From Ptychomitrium polyphyllum (lineage: Eukaryota): 64,000 nucleotides of DNA. Positions within the stretch are counted from its first letter, which is position 1, and each line of letters starts with the position of its first letter. This document shows, one piece after another, positions 13,789-24,731 of the stretch. The notes beneath the pieces were generated by a model. The model was given only the letters and a program-made list of their open reading frames with translations, was not told the DNA's origin and searched no databases. The position numbers and the translations under genes were made by a program. Where the stretch lies: assembly GCA_973851085.1 (NCBI GenBank), contig OZ316775.1, positions 10,292,001 through 10,356,000 on the forward strand, written 5' to 3'.

Positions 13789-14199
13789 ATGGCAGCCGGA
13801 CAAGCGTTAGTGAGGGAGGCCATGACGCGTCTGAAGCTCATGCGTAAGGGTGCCACTCTTGCACAGATCAAACGTCAGATTGAATCGAACTATACAGGCA
13901 GAATTGACATTAAAAAGAGGGGATTGCTCACCACGGCTTTGAAAGGGCTGTTAGAGAAGGGTCAAGTGGAGAAGAAAGGTGCAAACTACAAACTGGCCCG
14001 AGTGGCAAAGCTGAAAGATGATGAAGAGGAGATGGGAGTGCCTGGTCGGCGACGTCATGGTCGGAGACATCACGGGGGAAGTCGACGTCGCCACCACCGA
14101 CGTCGTCATCGTAGACGACGGAGCAAGCGCCACAAGCGACGCCGCCACCGTCGTCGCCATAGGAGAAGACGCAGACATAGCCGCCGACTCCGGAGGTGA
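13789..14199 (+). CDS. Protamine-like sperm nuclear basic protein (histone H1-type winged-helix domain + acidic linker + Arg/His-rich tail), intronless, 136 aa
   Basis: The N-terminus ALVREAMTRLK..RKGATLAQIKRQIESNY...LTTALKGLLEKGQVEKKGANYKL follows the H1 globular-domain pattern. It is followed by DDEEE and a 55-aa tail with 31 Arg and 10 His. ATG at 13789 (aagATGg). The architecture matches bryophyte protamine-like proteins (Marchantia PRM type). Confidence 0.85.
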   Translation: MAAGQALVREAMTRLKLMRKGATLAQIKRQIESNYTGRIDIKKRGLLTTALKGLLEKGQVEKKGANYKLARVAKLKDDEEEMGVPGRRRHGRRHHGGSRRRHHRRRHRRRRSKRHKRRRHRRRHRRRRRHSRRLRR

Positions 14200-14283
14200 T
14201 CAATTGATCAGTAGCAGGGACGTTTGAAAATCGATCCGGGTGACCGGAAACAATCTAAATCCCCTCATATCGTTACAACAAAT

Positions 14284-14299
14284 GGTGTTTAAAAACACC
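14284..14299 (+). other. Histone-mRNA-type 3' stem-loop candidate (GGTGTT-TAAA-AACACC)
   Basis: Perfect 6-bp stem and 4-nt loop, with an A/C-rich 5' flank (ACAACAAAT), about 85 nt downstream of the stop of an intronless H1-derived gene. Confidence 0.55.
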
Positions 14300-17200
14300 G
14301 CCTTTTTTGTGTCGATTATCAACTTCATTTGGAACTGAATAACTGAATGAGTCTTGTGTTTGTGTGTTGATGCGTTCATTTGCTTTAGAGAGGGAGTGAC
14401 TGAATTTAATCTTTAGCTGGATCACAGGCTTTTTTTCTCATGTTAAACCTCTTTGGTTTCAGCCATAAAGAATTTTTTGAGGTTTTGGTCATTTTTATCC
14501 TTGAATTTGGAGACTATTGTTGGTGGATTAATTCAAGAATTTGTTTTGACAGATTTTTGTAACTTGCAAAAGGGTTCAAATTCCAAGGCTGGGATGTTAG
14601 ATGCTAGGTGATTTAACTGTGCACATTTCTAACGTGGTATTATTAAGCTGATCGAGTGCTCGTCGTGCTGCTTGTATTTCATATATAAAGTTCCTTCTCT
14701 TGTTGAAGCTCTTCGAAACCGAGAAGTGGTCATGAGCGATGGATGTGGATAATACCAGAATGTTATTAGAACTCTTACCATGAAAGATCAGTGAACCAAG
14801 TCTCCCCAAGTTTTCTTTGTTAGAACTGCTAACACATGGTTGTGATTAAGAGCATGAAGCTATGACAGCATTGCAGTGGCACAGATTAATACATTTCTAA
14901 ATGGCATTGAAAGAGCCACACTCCTGCAATAACGAATTAGCATGCCAAACATGAACCTTGAGTCAGTAATAGTATGTTTTGATAGATGTTTTGAAGAGAG
15001 CTGTACTGCCAAACATGCTAGAGGTCCTTTCCTTGTGACACTTTTGCCATACAGGATGACTTATGCAGCACGTCCAAATTATAGCTGGAGATTATCGGAT
15101 TCTGCACCATGAGCTTCGAAAATTTCTTACTAAAACACCAAGTCATCAATATGTGCACCCCAGCAATTCCAAATTCAGTGGTACCAACGTACACCCAGGT
15201 TATTTGCTGTCCAATGAAGTGCACTTTAACCGCCAGTTGGAACATGGGCGGTATTTCGCTGAGGAGGATCGACGAGATTGAACGTCAGGGGTTCCAACAA
15301 TGGGTTGAAATTCACACAACCCTCTCTCGTGATACAAATATTGTGACCATGGAGGCGGAACAAATGGACGTCATACTGAAAAGTTTCTATATCTTGAAGC
15401 ACAAGTTCAGCAACATTTTCTCCGGAGATGAGGACAACCACTTTCGTAGAAGTGCCTTGGAATCGTATTTGCAGGTACGATACCTGTGTGTTGTTGACAT
15501 TTGTTGGCTGACTATGAAATCCAAGAAAAGGACATCTGCCAGGTTCATTTTCAAAGAACGCCTGCAATAAGGAAGAGTTCTATGGGTTGTCAAACATAAT
15601 GTTTTTCACAGACAGAGAGTTGTGTGTTGTTAACTCCTCGGCAAAGAGCAAAAGGTGGGCTAAGTGTTGTTAGGCTCAAGAGCATAACCAACAGTAAATT
15701 GCTAAGCCCAGTTCATAATAAGCAGCACAATTCTTGATTCATACTTCTCTGTAAGAATATCTATTTTGAATCGCAGTGTGTGCATTCAAAGAGGGTAAAC
15801 ATGAGTTGGAGTGCGGAACAAACGAAAACATAAATGAAAACCAAAAAAAGTTCAAATGACACTTGTAGAAATGAAGGACATATCCACTAAGATAGATCTA
15901 GTGGAGGAGCAAGTTGGAAGCAATTATTTCCCAGCCACTCACAAAACTCTTTGAAGCCATATTTATTTAGGCAATTAAGAATCTCTTACTTGATCTTAAT
16001 GTCATTTGCAAAGTAAATGAATTTTGTTATGTTGTCATGAAAGTGATTTGAGGTGAATTTAAATGTGCTTTTTAGAAGTATTGGCAAAATAATATTTCAT
16101 TGAGGGACTAAAGAAAGACGGTTATGAATCTTAGAAACCAAAAGACCTTCAAAACCATCCAAAATGAAAACAACCATGGAAAGTTGGCTAAAGGAAAATC
16201 CAGCAAAGGTTAGTAATAAATTAAAATCAAACAAGAATGGAGACGAGAGAAAAAGAAATTAACAATTATTTTTTTTATAAAGTTGGTGATGTCTTTAGAT
16301 ACTATTGAAAATGTATTAGTTTCTCTTTAAATTCCAATTCTATTTGATAGAAAGGTATTTAGTTAATTGTCTAACAAGACACCACTCTATTAGTAGCTGC
16401 ATGAGGAGCACTTGGCAAATTCCGCTTCATGCCCTTCTTTTAGCTCCTTCTCAAGCCTTGGCCAACCTCTTTGTCTTGGCCTCCTTCCTTACAATTGCAT
16501 GGTTAGTATTCTATAAGTCAAGTTGATTGCCTGTACTTGTGCTTCTAAAAGGTTGTAGAAGCCTTCCTACAAACTAGTACATCCACATGTTCAAATAACC
16601 TTCAATTCCATATTGTCTTTAGATTCAACAAACACTTCAATGAGCAACTAGTCAATAGAATGTGCATTTTTGAAAACAAGGCACAACTTCATATGGAAGA
16701 CAAGAGATTTTTGAGCACAAATATCATGAGCTAGACTTTAAATGTGTAAGTTTCTACATCTTTAGCATCTTCAAATTGAACATGCGGTATTCTTAAGACT
16801 TTGTAAACTCAACTAAAGAAGAAGATGCAAATGTCCCCCTTATTAATTGCTTTTATTTGCACCATCTTTCTCATTGTGTACCTAAGAATAGTTGAGACCA
16901 AACTTACAAAAGGAATTATAAATAACAATACAATTTATTAAATCTCAAACAATAAAAAATAAAAATAAAAATCATCTATGAAGCAATCATTGCATTGCTT
17001 ATTATATATCAAGGTATTCCAAGAAGATTGTCAACTTGATGAAGGATTCCTTTTTCTTGATGAAGTAAAAGAATCCATTCTTTGAAATATGGATTTTGTA
17101 CTTCTCCAAGTAATCCTTCAGCAATTCCACCTTTGTTTCCAAATTGGTAATTATGAGCTAAAATTTCTTAATGAATTCATTGAATCTTGCTTTGGCTGCA

Positions 17201-18236
17201 TCTTCCAACTATAATACAAATATACTGACATTAAAACATGTACATTCTAATGCAAATCCAACTTTAATCACACATGCATTAAAATAATGAATTCTTATCC
17301 TTGCATACAAGGCCGCCATATTTAGCTATTTGAATAGCCAATTATTGAAAATATGGACCTTCAAAAATCCAAATAAAGAAGTAGCTCTTCATTCCACCAC
17401 TTGAGCCACCTTGCCTTGAATTCTAGAGCCATTGCCGCAATTGCAACTATCTTGAGCTTTTCCAATTGAATTTTTACATTGTCATCTCTAACTTGACTTT
17501 CTTTTCCTAATAAATCTTCACTTGCAAAAGAAAGTCTTCATCTAGTATTAAATCAACACGCTGATGTGTGTCTAGAATTGGCTCGTCACCTTGTGTTAAG
17601 TTGTGTGCTTTGCATATGCAATGCTTTGAAATATGCACTTAGCAATAATATTTGAGTTGTACTAAAGACAAAAAAACACAACGGCGTTGGCAATTAGCAG
17701 ATACCAAACTTGCTTCTTTCTATATTTGTTCTTCTTGAACTCTTTGAGTACAATTAAGTTGGCTTATTTGCAAGATCATAAACAATGGCTAGTTTTTGGT
17801 AATATTGTTATATTTGGTGGGAAAGAACAATGCAATACATAAGTGTTTGTTGACTTATCCTTCCACACCTTTATTTGATTTTCCTTCATCATTTACATAG
17901 CTATTTGTTTCCATCATTTTAAATTCGCCATGGAATTGATGATTACCTTTCTATCTTAGTTGAGATGTTATTCTTTTAAATGGAATATGAATTTTTTAAT
18001 AAGAAATAAGCTAATATGTGCTTGTGCAATTTCTTTGAGACGGTTCACAACTAGTGGATTAAGTCATCCCTTTTATTGACAATGTTTCTTGTTTTATATT
18101 ATTTAATCAATATATACAAATATAAATGTACTTCTATCTTTATTTGCTTTACTTTTAGTGTACTTTTTAAATTGAGAGTGGTTTTACTAGATTTGTAATT
18201 GTGCAACTGTCATTGTCGGTTTTGAAAAATTAATCC

Positions 18237-18820
18237 TGTTAGGAATACAAGAAATAAGAAGCAAAAACGAAGTGCTTTCCAAGAATTAACTTCCAAAGAA
18301 TTAATGATTAACAAGAATTTGATACAAAGACTAGAATAAGGCAAGATACAAGATGGTTCACAACTTGTGTTGGCAAGACTAAGGAATATCTTGGCTTGCC
18401 TCTTATTTATATTATGACGCTTGTATCTTTTAGGATATTTCTAAAGAAGCTTCCTACAAGGCTTAAAAATGTTCTAGAAATCTAAGGAACCTTCTTAAGA
18501 AGTTTCCTAAGATGTTGGAACCTTCCTAATAAGTTTCCTAAGATGTTGGATCCTTCTTTAGAAATTTCTTAAGATAGTGGAACTTTCTAAAGAAGTTTCC
18601 TAAAGAGGTAGAACCTTCTTAGGAAGTTTTCTAAGAAATTACCAGAGATGATGGAGCCTTCTTAGAAAGTTTTCTAAAGTGGACGAACTATTCTAATAAG
18701 CTTCCTAAAAATATGGAAAAGCTATGGAGACATTTGAAAATATTCTAAGAAGCTACTATATTATATCAAAAGATTTTAGAATGTTCTATGAACTATGTTG
18801 CATGATCTATGTCCGTGACA
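18237..18820 (-). repeat. 3' LTR (584 bp) containing ~31-bp tandem repeats
   Basis: Runs tgttagg...gtccgtgaca and is homologous to 24170-24731. Confidence 0.92.
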
Positions 18821-19479
18821 TCACCTTTCCATTTAATGACAAGTCCCATGAGGAGCTCTTCTTGTGGCTTGCTTGTCACATTTCTACAAATTCCAATATT
18901 TATCGAAGGAGTGAAACAACATATTCTACTCATTGTTCTTTGTTCACTGGTTCAACTAGTCCTTGCAAGAAACGCCAATGACCACCAGCCAAGACTTTTG
19001 TTGTTGAAATGTCCCATTTCAAGATCTGATCTTAATTAAGTCCTTCAAAACATCCTCCAAACAAGATCTCGGGTCCTCCAAGCGTGACTCTTCCAATTTC
19101 TAACAAAATGACTAGAACGCGAGCATCTGAATCAAAACTAGAATGTGAAAGGCGACTAGCCAATACTCTGCACGAGATCGTAGTCAAGGTTGGGATATTC
19201 CTCTCATATCTTGACTTAGATCCTCCATTACCAAAGGCTGAAAAAATTGAATCGGCTCAACAGATACTATTGTTGATGAAGACACAACCGACTGCTCTTC
19301 ATGCATATCCATGATTTGACATACTAGCTAGGATCTAGAAATGATCTATCTTATAAATAATGTTGCATACAATTAGAGGTTTGGATATCTCTCCTTCCCT
19401 TTTTATACTTGTCTATGAAGGAAAAAATTCTCTGTAAAGCTAATTGCTATTGATAACAGGTCACCACTGGCCTGGTTTT

Positions 19480-22400
19480 TGATAATATCTTTGATGAAAT
19501 TGGCATACCTTCTCAAATGCACTTGTTACATTCATTGAAGATTCCCATGTTTGGTCATTGATGCCATATCCTTGCCAATGTATAAGGTATTCCACACGTT
19601 TGTTTTTTATGCGTGAATCTTAGTTCTTTTCTATTTCATATCCAATTTTATTATTGATTTCCAACGGAGGAGGCGGAGGGACAATTCTTTTTGGTATACA
19701 TGATTTGTTATAGGTTTCCAACAACGATACGTGGAATATTGGATGAATTTGCATGCTTGGTGGTAGCTTTAGGCAATAACTAATCGGATTTATCTATTTG
19801 CTGATTTCAAACGCTTCCAACCTTTGATAATCCAACTTCTTTGATGGTCTTTTTGTTTGTATATTTTGTCGTAGAAGCCATATGCTATCTCCAACCTTGA
19901 ACTTTGGATGGTCCTTCTGATGGCGATTTGCATAAGTTTTGTAACGATCTTGAGCTTGTTGTAACTGGAAGGTAATTTCTTGATGGATTTTAGTAAGTTG
20001 AGTTGCAAAATCCTTTGCTTCAAAGACTTCTATTATGCTTGATTTGAAATGGATTTGCTCAAGGATGATAGCCATAGTTTGTAAAAAATGGACTTTGAAT
20101 TGTTGAAGAATATATTGTATTGTTGTAAGCAAACTCTGCAAATGGCAAGAGGTCCATCCAGTTGTCTTAATGGTACTTTATGCTACAACAAAGGTACTGC
20201 TCCAAAATTTGATTCACACATTTGGTTTAACCATTAGTCTGCAGATGGTGTGTTGAAGAAAGGTTGATCTTGACACGCACCAGTTGGAATAAGGCCCTCC
20301 AAAAGTTGGAAATGAACTGCAGCCCTCGATCAGATACAATATCATCTGGTAGTCCATATATGCAGTAAACATGATTTAGAAACAACTTAGCAGTTTCTGC
20401 TGCTGTTACCGTCTTGTTGCATGGAATGAAATGTGCTATTTTGGTAAATTAATCCACTACTACCAAAATAGAATCGTTAGAATCGAAGTTTGGAAGGTCC
20501 GTAATAAAATCCATTGATAATGACAATCGTGGGCCCTTTGGCACTGAAAGCGGATAGAGGAGACCATGTTGTTGGTGTCTTAAGATCTTGGCCCTTACAC
20601 AAGTGTCGCATGATCAAATAAAGTTTTTCACGTGTTTTCACATTTGCGGCTACCAATAGTCTCTAGCAATCAACTCCATTGTTTTATTGAATCCAAAATG
20701 TCTTATTGCTAGAAAATCATAATGTGTTTGAAAGATCTTCAACCACAAAGAACATGGAGGTAGGTCCAAAAATTCTTAATAGTTAAATAGGCCCTTATGG
20801 AATTCAAAGTCCTCATCACTATTTGAAGGATCTCTATTGTCTTTGAGGCGCTTCCTTATATTTGAAACAAATACATCATTCTTCAAAGCCTTCCAAATTT
20901 CGTTAACATGGGATGTTGTAGTAATAATTACTGCTTTCAATTGAAGATTCTCTTGCTTCAATAAAGTAATCAATTGTTGATTCAAAACATCATCTCCAAG
21001 TTGAGGAGTTAAATAAGTTCTTTAAGATAAGGCATACGGCTGACTCTGTAGGCTACCAGGTTGATAGGTAATGACAAAGTCAAATGTGGAAAGCAACGTA
21101 CTCCACCTTGCCTGACGGCAATTCAGAACGTGCGCACTCGTGAAATACTTTAAGTTCTTATGGTTTGTGCATATCGTGATGGTTTGTTGAGTTCCTTCCA
21201 ACAGGTTTCGCCATTCTTCAAATACATCCATAATTGCAAGTAATTCTTCATCATATATATCATAATTAATCTCTGCCACTGAGAATTTTTTTGAACAAAA
21301 GGCAAGAGGGTGAAATCTCCCATCTTCATCATTTTGTGAGAATACTGAGCCAAGCGCAAAATTTGAGACATCCGCTTCCAAATATGAAGGCTTTGATGGA
21401 TTTGGATGAATAAGGATTGAAGCCGACATAAATAACTTCTTAAGACCTTGATGTGATCTTTCTGCTTCTTCCAAGTGAATTTTTGCTTCCCTGTAAGACG
21501 TGTTAATGGTGCTGCAATCTTGAAATAATCCTTGCTGAATATCCTGTAGAAGTTTGCAAATCCCAAAAAACATTGAACATCTTGAATTAATTTTGGCATA
21601 CTCCACTCCATGACAATGCTTATTTTCTTCTCATCCATATGGATTCGTCCTTTGAAAATGATGTAGCTTAAAAATTCAACCAAGGATTTGTGGAAAAGGC
21701 ACTTCTCCAATTTGGCATATAATCCTCGCTAGTAGAGTTTTTTTAAGACCAGTTGCATATGACATTCATGGTCTTCTTCATCCTTTGAATATATCAAAAT
21801 GTCATCCAAGTAGATGACTACAAAATCGTCCAAGTTTTTATGGAAGATATCATTCATCATGTGTTGGAAGACTGCGAGAACATTAGCAAGGCCAAAAGGC
21901 ATGACATTGTATTCAAAATGACCATACCTAGATTGAAAGGTTGTCTTCCATTTGTCTCCTTCATTAATGCGTTCAAGATTGTAGGCTCTTTTAAATTCAA
22001 TCTTAATAAATATCTTTGTTTGGCCAAATTGTCATAGGAATCGTGAGATTAATGGTAATGAATAGCGATTCTTTTTTATTACTTTATTGAGGCCTTGATA
22101 ATTCACGCACATACATAATGATCTAGGTTTTTTCTTTACAAATAAAATGGGTGCTCCAGCATGTGATTTAGAGTATTGAATAAAACCCTTTCTAAGGTTT
22201 TCATCAATATATTCTCTCAAGGCATTCAACTTGGTTTATAATAAGTTATAAATAGGCCCAAAAGGTGATTGGGCTCTTTCTTGCAATTCAATGGTACAAT
22301 CGTAAGGCTGGTGCTTTGGTAATATGTCTACATTCTTCTTCTCGAAAACGTCTTTATACTCTTGATATTGATGAGGTATGTTTTGATTACTCTCTACTAT

Positions 22401-23770
22401 AGAGCTGAACATTGGTGTGGCATAAATGGCATAAATTGGTTCATTCTTTGCCGCTCTCATGAATGCTTTAGCTCTAATAAATGATGGTTCAAGATTTCTT
22501 ATACTTTGACGTCTTTTCCTTAAAACTACACTCTGTGAGCACCAATCAATGTCAAGATTATGTAATTCAAACCAAGGAAGGCCCAAGACAATAAGATTTG
22601 TTTGGCATTGAATGATGTTGAAGACAATCTTAGATGCCTGGTTTCCAAAAACAACCTCCAAGGGTTGAGTTTCTTTAATAATGTTGCCAGATACAAGAGA
22701 TTGTCCATCAATAATTTCAACAGATGCGGGGTATTTTTTGTTCACAAGCACCATATAATGTTTGGTTGCAAAATCCTTGTCCATGAACATACCGTTGCAC
22801 CAATGCCTAATAGAACTTCACTAATTATTTCATCATTTAATAATTTAATTTTGATAGGAAATGGAAAGCAAGAAGTAAGGCTTGAAGGTAGTAAGAGACC
22901 TTGATTTGATGGTCGTTTCTTTGTGGTATCCAATTGCATGGTCCCTACTATAACTAGATAGCCTTATTTTTCAACTCTACCATTGTGCTTTGAGCCTTAA
23001 AGGCAGATCCTTTGATTTGGCAATCGCGCACTTTATGTTTAGACTTGCCACAATACAAACATAAGTTTTCTCTTTGATGCCTTTATTTTTCTTCTGGAGT
23101 CAAATGTCTAAACTGGGCAGCATCAATTTACATAGGTTCTGATCCTTGTGGTCGGCTCTCTGATACTCTTGAAGAAGTAGTTGCCATACCTTGATGTATT
23201 GGTTGCCATCTCAAGCGTTGTTTTTAGCGCCTCTCAAATAGTCTATTGTCACACGTTATTGCTTGAGTGATGAATTCGTCCAATGTTTCAACTCTTGACA
23301 TTGTGAGTAGCTAGTCCTTCACATATTCTCTCAAATCTCATCGGAATCGTGTAACCAAGGCCTTATCATTTCAATCAAGGTCGCAAATTAGTTGTCAAAA
23401 CTTTGCAGCATATGTTGCAGTTGAGTCTTATCCTTGTTGTAAACTTTGGATCCTTATTTCAACCACCTTCTCTTAGTGAGTGTTTCCAAAGTAGATGTCA
23501 ATGCTTTTATAAAAGCATCTAAGTTGTTCAATAGTGGTGAGTGCTTCTCCATTAAGAGTGCAAATCATGATAGTGCATTGTTTAATAAAAGAGTGGCCAC
23601 AAATCCCATTTGAGTTGTACCATCAGGATTGCAAAATTGATACAAATTAAAACAGAACCTGATTTGTTGAACAAAGCCTCTCAATTCTAATTTTGATCCA
23701 TCAAACTTGTATGGCATGCTAATGTTCAACGTAAGCCTTTTCTTCCAATATTGGCCTCTTGCAATCATAA
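19480..23770 (-). pseudogene. Disrupted gag-pol (gag, PR, RT, RNase H, IN, chromodomain)
   Basis: ORF fragments 19794-20141, 21022-21606, 21150-21710, 22032-22229, 22236-22790 and 23565-23768 carry gypsy motifs in alternating frames. Confidence 0.92.
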
Positions 23771-24155
23771 AACCTCTTGATATAAACTTTAAATATCACC
23801 ATTGGATTCTTTAGCTTGCCGAGTGTGTTGCTCAAAATTGTTGGTGGTATTGAAGCGAGCAAATTCCATTCGAATTGTGAAGGTCTACAATAGTTGCAAA
23901 CCTATTCTTTGATGTTCCAAGCACGTTATCCATTTCTTAAGACTGTCAAAAATAAGAAGATTATGAATACCTTCAAAAGAAGATAATCCATGTGCTTTGA
24001 AAGAAGTGGTACTTGGTTTTAGAACAAGAAACCAACTCTATGGTGTCAGCTTAGAGGAAGGTAATATGCAACCTCTAAGACGTTATGCAATCTTAAAAAA
24101 GATGGGTAATCCACAATCTTCTTCAAAGAACCTTAGCTTTAACAAAGATGAAAAG

Positions 24156-24167
24156 TAGTCTTGCCAA
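24156..24167 (-). other. Primer-binding site (self-priming type)
   Basis: TTGGCAAGACTA lies 2 nt inside the 5' LTR boundary and is the exact reverse complement of element-strand LTR sequence at 24303-24314. Confidence 0.75.
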
Positions 24168-24169
24168 AT

Positions 24170-24731
24170 TGTTAGGGACACAAGGAACAAGAAGCAAAAA
24201 CGAAGTGTTTTCCAAGAATTAGCTTTTAAAGAGCTAATGATTAACAAGAACTTGATACAAAGATTAGAATAAGGCAGGATTCAAGATGATCTACAACTTG
24301 TGTTGGCAAGACTAAAGAATACCTTGTCTTGCCTCCTATTTATACTATGAAGCTTGTATCTTTTAGGATATTTCTAAAGTAGCTTCCTATGAAGCTTATG
24401 AGGCTTAAGAATGTTCTAGAAGTCTAGAGATCCTTTCCAAGAAGTTTCTTAAGATATTGGAATCTTCTTTGGAAGTTTCCTAAGGTAGTGGAACCTTTTT
24501 AGGAAGTTTCCTAAAGGAGTAGAACCTTCCTAAGAAGTTCCCTAAGAAATTACCTGAGATAATGGAGCCTTGCTAGGAAATTTCTTAAGGTGAAAGAACT
24601 TTTCTAGGAAGCTTCCTAGGGACATGAAAAGGCTATGGAGACATTTGAAAGTATTTTAAGAAGCTATTATATTATATCAAAAGGTTCTAGAATGTTCTAA
24701 GCACTATATTGCATGATCTATGTTCGTGACA
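24170..24731 (-). repeat. 5' LTR (562 bp) with TATAAATA at 24344-24337
   Basis: Runs tgttagg...gttcgtgaca and is homologous to 18237-18820 with many substitutions. Confidence 0.92.

Larger units (their letters stand above)
18237..24731 (-). mobile_element. Degenerate Ty3/gypsy LTR retrotransposon (chromovirus, Tcn1/Tf1-like) with both LTRs
   Basis: TG...CA LTRs at 18237-18820 and 24170-24731. Minus-strand domain order is gag (CLYCGKSKHKVRDC zinc knuckle, ~23020-23065), protease, RT (VVIYLDDILIYSK, ~21785-21825), RNase H (LEADVSNFALGSV), integrase (SMDFITDLP, VSDRG) and chromodomain (VEYLIHWQGYG...TWE, ~19540-19640). Many stops and frameshifts. Purine tract GGAAAGGTGA lies next to the 3' LTR. 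Confidence 0.95.

Noticed and set aside
14197..14210. 14-bp palindrome TGATCAATTGATCA over the stop codon
   Set aside because: Real, but there is no supporting context for a function.
13928..14227. Overlapping alternative-frame and antisense ORFs in the protamine tail
   Set aside because: By-products of CGN/CAY repeats, which lack stops in other frames.
14284..14308. Hairpin plus T6 read as a bacterial intrinsic terminator
   Set aside because: The context is a eukaryotic nuclear gene; the histone stem-loop geometry is the more relevant comparison.
18480..18710. ~31-bp repeats as a CRISPR array
   Set aside because: No unique spacers, located inside an LTR, and the host is eukaryotic.
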